Shown here piece after piece: positions 12,601-23,995 of a DNA stretch of 64,000 bases. Both the position numbers and the translations under genes were made by a program. The DNA is from the human T2T-CHM13v2.0 reference genome, Homo sapiens, in the NCBI RefSeq assembly GCF_009914755.1, contig NC_060948.1; one strand, written 5' to 3'. Under the pieces are notes generated by a model that saw only the letters and a list, made by a program, of their open reading frames with translations, searched no databases and was not told where the DNA came from. Positions within the stretch are counted from its first letter, which is position 1. Every line of letters starts with the position of its first letter.

Positions 12601-14195
12601 CTTTCCTGCTTTCTCTTTTGGGCATTTAGTGCTATCAGTTTTTCTCTAAACACCATTTTAAATGTGTCTCAGAGTTTGTGACACATTGTGTCTTCATTCT
12701 TATTGGTTTCAAAGAACATCTTTATTTCTACCTTATTTCAGTATTTACCCAGCAATGATTTACAGCCTGCTCCTAAATGTTCAGTTTCTATGTAGTTGTG
12801 CAGGTTTGTGTGAGTTTCTGAATCCTGGGTTCTCATTTCATTGCACTGTGGTCTGGGAGGCTCTTTGCTATAATTTCCATTCTTTTGCATTTGCTGAGGA
12901 GTGTTTTCCTTCCAATTATGTGGTCAGTTTTTGAATACATGTTATGTGGAACTCAGAAGAATGTATATTCTGTTGATTTGGGGGTGGATAGTTCTGTAGA
13001 TGTCTATTAGGTTTACTTAGTCCACAGCTGAGTTCAAGTCCTGACTATCCTTGTTAATTTTCTGTCTCATTGATTGCTGGCTATTCTTTCTCTGAAGCTA
13101 TATCCTCAAGGGGCATCTGTCAGATGCTAGCCAGTGCTCTCCAATACAAGGTGTCTGTCGGCCCCTGCCAGGAGGTGTCTCCCAGTCAGGATACACAGAG
13201 GTCAGGGATCCACTTGAGAAGGCACTCTGACCATTAGCAGAGCCAGTGCACTGTAATGGGAGGTGTGCTGCTCCTTCAGAGCCATCAGGCGGGGATGTTG
13301 AAGTTTGCTGAAGCTGCATCCATGGCTTCCTTTTCCCCCAGGTGCTCTGTCCCAGGGAGATGGGGGTTTTATTTGTAAGCCCCTGACTGGGGCTGCTATC
13401 ATTTGTTTCGAAAATACCCTACCCGGAGAGAAGAAATCTGGCAGTCTGGCCACATCAGCCTTGCTGAGCTGCAGTTCAAACTTCTCTGAGGCTTTGTTTA
13501 CACCATGAGGTAAAGCAGCCTACTCAAGCCTCAGCAACGGAAGATGCCCATCCCCCCACCAAGCTCCAGTGTCCCAGGTAGATCTCAGACTGCTGCTGTG
13601 CTGGCAGCGAGAATTTCAATCTGGTGAACCATAGTTGGATTGCCACCATCGGGGATGGCACCTGCTAAGCCAGATCACTTGGCTCCTTGGCCTCCGCACT
13701 CCTTTTCAGGGGAGTGAACAGTCCTGTCTCCTTAGCATTCCAGGCACCACTGGGGTAATAAAAACAACAACAACAACAACAACAAAACACTCCTACAATT
13801 AGTTCATTGTTTTTTCTAACAACCCCATTTTTGTGCTTGAAACCCACGGCCCTCATGGTGCAGTTACCAAACGCAATCTCCTGGTCTGCAGGTTTTCAAG
13901 ACCATGGGAGAAGCACATTTTAGGCACAGGGTGCATGGTTCCTCAGGCTAACTCCCTCACAGCTTCTCCTGTGTAAATGAGAAAATTTCCCGACCCATTA
14001 GGCTTCCCGGGAGAGGTGATGACCTACCCTGCTTCAGCTCACACTCCATGGGCTGCAGCCACCATTCAACCAGTCCCTATCAGATGAACAGTGTACCTCA
14101 GGTGGAAATGCAGGAATCACTCACTTTCTTCATCAATCTCCCTGGGAGCTGCAGTCTGGAGCTCTTTTTCTTCAGACGTCTTGCCAGCAATTCCC
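9611..14195 (-). mobile_element. L1PA7/8-like element: 3' UTR, most of ORF2, internal deletion near 13075, then 5' UTR
   Basis: ORF 11601-12062 ([23 protein letters not shown]...SIDAEKAF) is L1 reverse transcriptase. Sequence from 13076 to 14195 is L1 5' UTR-like. ORF1 is absent. Confidence 0.9.
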
Positions 14196-14235
14196 CCTTT
14201 CCTGTTTTTTTCTTTTTTTTTTTTTAATGGTGAAG

Positions 14236-14770
14236 GAGCCATTAACTGGAAATGTAAAACTATGCAAATTCTAGAAGAAAGTACAGAAAGAAATTTATGT
14301 GACCTCAGGTTTGGTCATAAGTTTTAACAAATGACACCAAAGCTGATCAGTAATGGTAAAAATAATTAATAATATTAGTTTTCTTATATTAATAGTTTGT
14401 ACTCTGAGTAAAATCTTATTCAGGAAATAGAAAGATAAGCAAAAGACTGAAAAGAAATATCTGCAAAATACAGATCTAAGCAAGAACTTGCACTGAAAAT
14501 ACACCGATCTTGAAACTCAAAATTAAGATATACTACCCAATTAACAATGAGTAAAGAGCTGAACACACCAATGAAAATACACCGACAGAAAGCAAACAAA
14601 AAGTTGCTCAAACTCATATATCTTTAAGGGACTGAAAATTACAACAATGAGATAGCATGGCCCATTTATATTTGTTGGAACGGCTAAACCATTTTTAAAA
14701 CATGACAAATGATTTGCTGGAGGGAAAACAGGAATTCATTCATTGCTCGTGGAATGCACAATGGTGGAGA
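14236..14770 (+). mobile_element. Old L1M ORF2 fragment
   Basis: 'aaatgtaaaactatgcaaattctagaagaaa', 'aaatatctgcaaaatacagatct'. Confidence 0.7.
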
Positions 14771-14899
14771 AAAAAAGAACTCACATTCTCAAATTAATCT
14801 GAAAACCTCTTTCTCACCTCTACCATGCACAGAAGGAGCTATCTGGTCTACCTTTTGATGACAGACACGAGATTCAATGTAATCTGTGCATTCGCCAGC

Positions 14900-15290
14900 A
14901 GCAGTTGGGATCCAGGCAGAAATTAGATGGGCCCCACAATCAAAGTCATCTAAGAACTTTTTAATAAAGAGTGACTTATTCAAGGTACTCACAATAGATG
15001 GCAGAGTTCCCGGGGATAGTAGCAGGATGACACTCTTAGCACTCCTTGGGAGTGAGATTTAAAGGAGGGAGAAATTCTCAGCAATGGAGAGAGGCGGATG
15101 GTGCAGAGAACTTGAAAGATGTCATCACAGGAACTATGACGTCACTTGGCCTTGAGACACAGCAGCAAGTCCAGTGCCACTGTATGCGTAGGCTGGTGTC
15201 CCCACTGGCCAAACCCAATCAGCAGGTAGAGGGCAAAAAATGTCTTGATACCACCTAGAGGCAGGTTAGCAGAGTTTAATCCAGAAATTT
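14900..15290. mobile_element. Probable LTR33-like (ERVL) LTR remnant
   Basis: 'ccccactggccaaacccaatcagcaggtagagggcaa' resembles a recurring LTR33 motif. Confidence 0.4.
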
Positions 15291-15384
15291 TAATTTTATA
15301 AATCTTCCCAATTTAAGCCTCCCCTTACAAGGACAAAGCATAGTTTTATAATACTGACCTAGTATGAATCACTAAAACATGCAA

Positions 15385-15597
15385 GCCGTGCACAGTGGAT
15401 TGCGCCTGTAATCTCAGCAACTCATGAGGTGAGGCTGGTGGATCATTTTGGTCAAAAGATTGAGACCAGCCTGGCCAATGTGGTGAAACCCTGTCTCTAT
15501 TAAATATTCAAAAATTTGCCGGGTGTGGGTGGTGCATTCCTGCAGTCTGAGCTACTTGGGAGGCAAAGGCAGGAGAATTGCTTGAACCTAGGGGGTG
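15385..15597 (+). mobile_element. 3'-truncated AluS
   Basis: Alu sequence stops at 'cttgaacctagggggtgga', directly against OFD1 pseudo-exon 13. Confidence 0.85.
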
Positions 15598-16084
15598 GAC
15601 ATATGGTTTAGGAGATGCATGTTTTCATTTTATTCTCTTCCAATTTTTCTTCTTTTAGTAGTAAATAGTCATCCATCTCTTAAACATTTTCATTCAGCAT
15701 ATGTTTGTTTTGTTATTGCCAAAGACTGTGCTTTGACAGACATTAAGTCAACCTGAAACTTAAAAAGGAAATTTTACAATTGAATGATGACTTCATAGTG
15801 AGCAAAAATAAAAGCTTGCAGGCTCCTTTAGGCATAGTGTCACAATTTAACTAAGGTCAGTAAACAGATGTCTGAATCTCTGCAAAAAAAGGCCAAACTA
15901 CAGTAACAGAAATTGTCTTCTGCCCTACAACTGGGGCAGAGGAAGTTTTATGGACCACATCCCATGAAGCAAGTCCTTCTAAGATTATCACCCCATTTTT
16001 CAGAAGCAGCTAAGAACCTAACAACAATCACTCATAATAGAAATATAGCTTTGTTTTAAATATGAAAAGTTAAGGTAAAAATGT

Positions 16085-16705
16085 GCAGGCATGGTGTGTC
16101 CCGCCTGTAACTCCAGCACTTTGGGAAGCCAAGATGAGAGGATTGCTTGAACTCAGAAGTTACAGACGACCATGTACAACATGGAAAACTCCATCTCTAC
16201 TAAAAATACAGCAGGGCACTGTGGCTCAAACATGTAATCCCAGCACACTGTAAGACCATGAAGGGTAGATCACTTGAGGTCAAACATTTGAGAGCAGCCT
16301 AGCCAACATGGTGAAACCCCATCTCTACTAAAACAACAAATATTAGCCGGGCATGGCAGTGGGTGTCTGTAATACCAGCTACCCAGGAGGTTGAAGCAGG
16401 ACAATCATTTGAACCCCAAGGCAGTGGTTGCAGTGAGCCCAGTTCACATCATTACACTCAAGCCTGGGTAACAGACTGAGACTCCATCTTAAAAAATATA
16501 AAAGAAAGAAAGTAAAAAAAGAAATACATAATTTGCTTGGTGTGGTGGGGCATGGCTATAATCCCAGCTTTTCGGGAGGTGGAGACACAAGAATTGATTG
16601 TATCTGGGAGGTAATGATTGTAGTGAGCCGAGATCACACTAGTGCAGTCTAGGCTGAATGACAGCATGAGACTCAGTCTCAAAAAACAAACAAACAAACA
16701 AAAAT
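16085..16705 (+). mobile_element. Alu cluster: left monomer, near full-length Alu (16212-16500), right monomer (16530-16705)
   Basis: Three consecutive Alu-homologous blocks with A-rich spacers. Confidence 0.85.
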
Positions 16706-19700
16706 AACATTTTGTGTAGTGCTTTTCTTTTCTTAGTATACTATATCTCATATTTGCATATGAAGGCCTACAAAGTTCTCACGTAAGTTAAACTTGCAAA
16801 ATAAACTTTAGATTTAAAATGTTTTAAGTGCCTAAAGTTCCAGCTTCATCTTCAGACAGCAAGCACAAGAATAAACAGAAAACTAAGGAAGCAATGGCGT
16901 GTGATAAATGCAATACATTTTGTTTTAATCTGTGAGATAACGCTGTAACGACAGAAATTTTTAGCTGCTGCTGATGGAAAGAGAGACAAGGCTGATGTAG
17001 TAACAGAGCAGTAATAATATTGGCCACCTGCTATGAATTAGGCATATAAGTTAGCTCACTGAATTCCCTCTACAACCCTGTAGTGTGGAAAATATCCTAC
17101 AGTTTACAGCTGAGGAATACGCAAAGGACCGCCCAAAGGCACACAAGAAATTAGACACACAGATAAGATGCAAGAAGCACTCTAAGAATCAAAGCACTAT
17201 CTACATTTTCCTATATGGCGTTGACTGAAGTTAAGAACTATTGAATTAACTTTAGTCATCCCCTTCTTCGCCATAGAAATGGCAGTTTAAACATCAAGAG
17301 GAAGACTTTGGATAAATTACGTATAACTAAAATTTTATATATTGCTTAAAATCTATTTCAAAAAATATGCTGAACAATGACGTCAAGTTCTTACATAAAA
17401 TTTACTGATTCATTGAGTTCCTCCTTTTTGAATTAGTAACTGTGTTCTCCTCTTGCAAGTAAACAGGTTTTCCTGAAAGAAGGAGCCCTTTAAACACCAT
17501 AATGTTTTCCTGGTAAATACAAAAGCTATTTAATATTTATGGCCAGTATGTCAGACCTAATGACCATTATTTTGTAATAGAAATAGCCTGTGTAGGGGAC
17601 AAAACTTTCACAGGCAAGTAAGAAATAAGCCCTGTTAGCTAACAGGTGATGTGAAGCTATAACTGTCATCTATGTGGTGAAATTCCACCATCTACACCTG
17701 CTAACCAGAGAGGTTTTAAGTTCCTTGAAGAAGAAGATCTGTCTGTTACTATATTGTAAAAGACAATATTGTTATTGTATTGTAGGTATTACTTTCTCAT
17801 TTTCATTTTATTTAACTTGAATCTATGTAGATATAATATCAAGGCAAAATTTGTTACATAGATGATGGTAGTAATTTATAAAAGAAGGGTTAGTCTCCAC
17901 AAGATAGTAGTAAAAGGGGAAACCACACACTGGGTGTCTGGACAACATCAAATAACTACTTTGGTATACTCCCAATAGTCTAACTGAAAATTCCAACAAA
18001 ACGTCACCTCTCCTTACAGGCAATTTCCTAGGAATATATTGAAATATGAAATATATGAAGATTGAGAAAGTACTCACCTTCCAGTCTCAAGGGCAATATA
18101 TACAAGATTCCAGGAGGTTATATATACAGTAAAAATATTATAAATAAAGAAATACATTAGAAGCCAACAAAATAAGAAGCTATGTCACAGGAGACAGAGA
18201 AGTTAAAATTTTCCTAAGTGAAAAAGAAGGTATCTCAAGGGTAAAAGTAATAGGTATCAGAGGCAATAAGTTGCTGTCGACTTCTTGATAATTATAGATT
18301 TATCAACATATATTCAAATAAAGTTTAATAAAATATACAGAAAAAAAACTGGCCTTTCTGATTATATAAAATATTAAGGATAATGGTTTCTCAAAAGTCA
18401 GTGAAAACCATTTTGTTAATTTTTACATAATTAAAATTACAAAAAAAAGTGAACTATAGACAAGACAATGAAGTGTGACGTATTTTTTTTTAAGAATATG
18501 AAACAGACCCAAATTGGGAAGCTGATAACCTGTATCACAACTGAAAACTATGGCTTCTTACCGCATCCAAACATCACTTTTATTCTTCCTTTCATCTTCA
18601 GTCGATTAATTCTAATGATGTAGTCATCTGTTAGTTCAAGTTGATACCTGAGAATCAGAACGACTAAATATAAGTTTCTGAGTTGTCTTTCCAGAAAGAT
18701 GAATATCAATGTACGAGCTTATCTATGGTACAAGTGTACCTGAGGGCACTGAACACGACATTGTGTGAACATCAAAGTCCCTCAGTACTAAAGCCAGGCA
18801 TATGAACGTCAAACATAAAATGTCCAGTAAAACTCTGCCTTGATGTTGTAAAGCACAATCATACAAAATGGAGGGTTGTGCTGCCATAAGGTTACTGAAA
18901 GCATCACTTCCCAGTTGGTCTCAACTGACCCAAAAAGCGAGGAAGAAAATTAAAGTTACACAGCACACAACAGACTCAATCCCAAATGATAATTAGACAG
19001 CCACTTTCAACCCACCTGTACTATCTGCCCACCTGTACTATCTGCCCAGCCCAAACAAACATAAAGAATTCTGTGCCGAGGGACCAATCACAGTCCAGGG
19101 AACCAGGTGCTAAGAGCATTATATCTGAAGTAGCAATACCCGAAGGCACATTTTCAGTTTTACTTTTCTTTTCCAGCTTTTATAAGCTGTCTTTTGTTTC
19201 CAAAAGGATAAAGAAACACTCCTGTGGTGAACAGTCCCCAAACTCCAACACTTGCCAAAGTCATACGGGAATTCCCAAAGCCAGAAAGACACCATGCAGG
19301 CCGTGGAAGCTGTCACAATGATACCAAATAGTTCACCAGCTCCATAACTATATAAAATTAACAAACATACTTTAATACATGTATTCCTAAAAATTCAGTA
19401 ACTACAGAAACTTCATGTTAGCTATTTTAATATAGAAACTGACAAAAAATTGGGTAAAATACATCATTTTCATATGTAAAAAATAAAGTTTCTCATGGCT
19501 AAGAGTAATATGTACCAGAGGCAATAAGCTGTGGCCAACTTCTTGACAACTACAGATTTATCAAAATATATTGAGAATATATTGGGAATTCAGAATCTAT
19601 GAAAGAAGTGTTCTATTTTTAAAAAACATAATTTTTTTAATAGAATAACCTCAAGAAACCTTTGCAAGCTCTGTGTAATGGAATATCCATGATAAATTAT

Positions 19701-20949
19701 GAGGAAGGCAATAAAAAGAGGCCAATAAAATGCCCAGAACACCTGAGTTGAGTCATTTCCTCCTAACACATTAACAGCAAATATTAACTGAGCATTTTTT
19801 ATGTGTAAGATGCTTTTGAATGCACTGAAAATTTACCACATGGACATAGTGTCTTAGCACTGAGGTGTTACTCACTGATACACAAGGTCAAAGTAAAGCC
19901 AAAGTAACCATACTTGTGCATGTTTTCCTTTCCCTATATCAATTACTTAGTTAATTTTAGCTCTTTTCTTTTGATTCTGGCTTTGCAGAATCATCAAGGA
20001 ATACAAGGCACATGTTCACTGACAAACAATCAGACCACTAAGTATAATTTATACATTGTTAGATATCCCCATCATTGTGGCAGTATGAGTGGGGTAGAGG
20101 AAAAGCGATTATAATTCAAACTTTACAGCTTATCAACTATGCAACCTGAGCAAGTCACGATGTACCATGAAATTTAAAGCAAATCACAGCCCTCAATAAA
20201 TGTTCAAGAAGCCATGAGTAAGAAGAACAGAGGAAGTGCTTTTCTATACCTTATCTTTTAAAAACAACCCTAACTCAAATGCAGGAAAGTATTGGCTATT
20301 GATAAACATATGTATTTTTTCAAACATTAAAGTTTGCATAAGATGTTCATCAGAGAATACTTCCATAGTTTTTGTTATGTTTCTACCAAAGTAATTTAAA
20401 CGTATTACTTCTTCAAACGTGCCAAGCAATTACTTTAGAAGTTTGTTCTTCAGCTTTCAGTCATCGTTCTCCTCAAGACACTTTGTATTGTGCTCCCATC
20501 TCCTAAGTCCTCAGTCATGCTTTTATGTTTTTCTTCCTGGAGTTTCTGGGTTTTGAAATTAGTAAAAAAACATAAAGTAAATAAACTATAAAAGCTGAGT
20601 TAACAAATTTAGGAAGAATATCACGTGACATGTTTTTAGTTCAACCAACTAAAACTGCTACATGACAATTACTACTGAGAAGTAGAAGAAAAGAGCCAGA
20701 AATCCTCAGTGTATTTTATGAACTGACCTAGTTACAATGTGTTGAAACTAGCAGAAGCAGGGGCCTGTGACACATGACTGAGAAGAGTGGGAGGGTCTCT
20801 TACTGAGGGGAGTGGAAGAGTGTCAATGAAGAAGTGGTTTCTCATAGAAGACAATTAACACTTAACAATAGTTAAAGGTGATAAATGGTCCGAATCAATT
20901 CTGGGATGAAAGAATGATATTAGCTACAAAGTAATAAAAGCACACTTAT

Positions 20950-21232
20950 GGCTGGGAGCTGTGGCTCATGCCTGTAATCCCAGCACTTTGGGAGGCCAAG
21001 GCAGGTGGATCACCTAATAATAGGAGTGTAAGAACAGCCTGGACAACATGGTGAAACCCCATTTTTACTAAAAGTACAACATTAGCCAGGCATGTTGTCA
21101 CACACCTGTAATCCCAGCTACTCAAGAGGCTGAGGAAGGAGAATCGCTTGAACTCGGGAGGCAGAATTCACAGTGAGGTGAGATTGCACCATTGCACTCA
21201 GCAACAATACCAAATCTCCATCTCAAAAAAAA
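20950..21232 (+). mobile_element. AluS
   Basis: 'ggctgggagctgtggctcatgcctgtaatcccagcactttgggaggcc' through the A tail. Confidence 0.9.
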
Positions 21233-21546
21233 AGTGTACTTATGTATTTGAATCTTTTATAATGCTGTTTGTAAGTCTGGAATTTAATTAATAATCTCAT
21301 GGATATTTAAGGTACAATTCTTTTTTCTTGCTTAATATTCTATCAGCTTTAGCCAAGTTTGGTGTATCCAGTTTTCAACTATAATCCTAGCTTTGCAGAA
21401 TGCTGAGGCAAGAGAATCACTTGAGTCCAAGAGTATCAGACCAGCCTGGACAACATAGCAAGACCTTGTCTCTTAAAACCAAAACAGCACCACCACCACC
21501 AACTTACCAAAAAAAAAAAAAACAAAACAAAAAAAACTATTGATTG

Positions 21547-21683
21547 AATACTCATCTAGTTCCCAAAGAGAGGGCAAAAGATATGGGTCATTCAGGGCTT
21601 TCAAGTGCTTAAGAATACTCATCAAGTTCCCAAAGAGAGGGCAAAAGATATGGGTCATTCAGGGCTTTCAAGCGCTTAAGAAT
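21547..21683 (+). repeat. 67-bp tandem duplication (2 copies)
   Basis: 'tcccaaagagagggcaaaagatatgggtcattcagggctttcaag' at 21561 and 21628. Confidence 0.92.
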
Positions 21684-22845
21684 AAAATGATCTTCATAGT
21701 GAGACTTCAAATCACCAATTGTACCAATTCCCTAGCCAGGGAGGTGGATTCACAGGTGATGAGATCCAGCCATCCTAAGAAGTACTGCACAACACTGACT
21801 AGTCTAAGAACGGTTAAAGACTCCAGGTATTAGCTCCCTCTGCTGGTTATCTGGAAAGCCATGAAGAGGTAAACTACATTGAATTTAGTACATATGCTGA
21901 AAGAATGGAAAAGAAGTAGAGAAATTGAGGGTGAAAAAAGTGACACACTCTCTCCGCTTAAATGTTGTTTCTCTTTTTTTTTTTCTCTCTCTCTGGATTA
22001 ATTTACCTTTTCATTATTGCCAAAATGAGAGTAAGGTACACAGCTAGCTGAAATAAAAAAAATCAAACCTATAGAAGTGAGAAAACAACATTAAATAAAA
22101 TGGAGACAAATTCTTTAATGAGCAAAAATTCCTAAAGTATCTATGGGTGTCAATTAACGGCACATTCCCCATGGAAAAGACTTCTTGTGCAAACTATAGA
22201 CAGGTGACCTTGCTGTCAATCCCAGGTAACATATGGATGAAACATCTGTGAGCACGTAGAAAAACTGAATAGCACTGAGAAACACTTTCATCCAGTACAA
22301 GTCAAGTCAAACCACAATACTTCCTTTTTTTGAGCACAGAACTGGTAAAAGCCACAGGCCTAGATATTTGAAATCCAGTTCCAATACATAAACACACAAA
22401 ACTATCAAACCAGGAGGACTGAAGTTAACTTTAAAAACATATGACCTGTTCAAGTATTAACAGCTTCTCCAAATTTTCTGTTTGATGTTACTGTAGCCTG
22501 GTGATAGCATCTCATTCTGCCTTTCATCTTAATGTTCAATATTTCAAAAGCACAGCCCTAGTGTTTGTTTCTCTTAATGTGTAACTTCTAATGCTGTGTG
22601 ATATCACCTTTATAAAAAACAACTCCACCTGGCAATAAACATTAGAACATTTAGATATATATTTAGTAATTCTTTTTAATCTCATCATTCTGAATGTCTA
22701 AAATAATCATGCATACAGGCAATCCAAAATCTTCAACTGTCTGCTTCAGCTCTGCTTTTCCTTCTCTTAGCAAATCTATATCTTTTAGTAAAAGAAGGCT
22801 TTGAGCATGAATTTTCTTGTTTCAATCTGTAAAAAGCATTAATTT

Positions 22846-23139
22846 TGGCTGGCTCTGGTGGCTCACGCTTGTAATCTCAGCATTTTGGGAGGCTGAGGCA
22901 GGTAGGTCATGACATCAGGAGTTTAAGATTAGCCTGGCCAAGATGGTAAAACTCCATCTCTACTAAAAATACAAAACTTAGCTGGGTGTTGTGGCAGATG
23001 CCTATAATCCCAGCTACTCAAGAGGTTGAGGAAGGGAATTGCTTGAACTTGACAGGCAGAATTTGCAGTGAGCCAAGATTATGCCACTGCATTCCACTGG
23101 GTGGCAGAGCAAGATCTGTCTCAAAAAAAAAAAAAAAAA
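22846..23139 (+). mobile_element. AluS
   Basis: Full dimeric structure with A tail. Confidence 0.9.
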
Positions 23140-23267
23140 GGCATTAAGTTTTAGGCAGCAAGTTAATGAAAACATAACAAATTTAAATAAATATAGTGCT
23201 TCCTAAATTCCAAAAACCAATATACAGAAATTGAGAATAACAAGTTTACCTTCAAATTATTCCAACT

Positions 23268-23567
23268 CAGCTGGGCACGGTGATTCACTCCTGTAATCCT
23301 AGCCCTTTGGGAGGCTAAAACAGGCCGATCACCTGAGGTCAAAACTTGAGACTAGCCTGGCCAATATCGTGAAACCACATTTCTACAAAAATTACAAAAA
23401 TTAACTGGATACAGTGGTGGGCACCTCTAATCCTAGCTACTTGGGAGGCTGAAACAGGACAATCACTTGAAACTGGGAGGCAGATGTTGCAGTGGCCACG
23501 GTAGTGCCATTGCACTCCAGCCTGGGCAAAAGATTAAAACTGCATCTCAAAAAAAAAAGAAAAAAAA
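23268..23567 (+). mobile_element. AluS
   Basis: Full dimeric structure with A tail. Confidence 0.9.
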
Positions 23568-23711
23568 TCCACTTCAATGTATTCCTCAACTATCTATTCC
23601 AGCTTCATAAATATTTAGTCTCTCAATTTCTGTTAAACTACATTTCCATATATTTTAACACCCCTTGTGTAATTTATGCTATTTAATTAACATATTTCAG
23701 TCCCTTGTGTA

Positions 23712-23995
23712 ATTTTTTGGGGAGACTGGGTTCTGCTCTGTTGCCCAGGTTTGGATCCAGTGTTGTGATTTCGGATAACTGCAAACTCTGCCTCCCAGAC
23801 TCAAGGGATCCTCCCATCTCAGCTTTCTAGGTAGCTGAGACTAAAAACACACACCACCAAGTTCAGCTAATTTTTTTGTAGTGATGGTGTTTTGCCATAC
23901 TGCCCAGGCTGGTGGTGTACCGCTGGGCTCAAATGAGATCACCATCTCAGCCCCTCAAAGTGCTAAAACTACAGGTATGAGCCACCATACCTGGT
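23712..23995 (-). mobile_element. AluJ-like
   Basis: 'gctctgttgcccagg...ctcaagggatcctcccatctcagc...gagccaccatacctgg'. Confidence 0.85.

Noticed and set aside
14772-14900. Possible further OFD1 exon ending 'gagaat|gtgagt' on the minus strand
   Set aside because: The translation gave no convincing match to OFD1.
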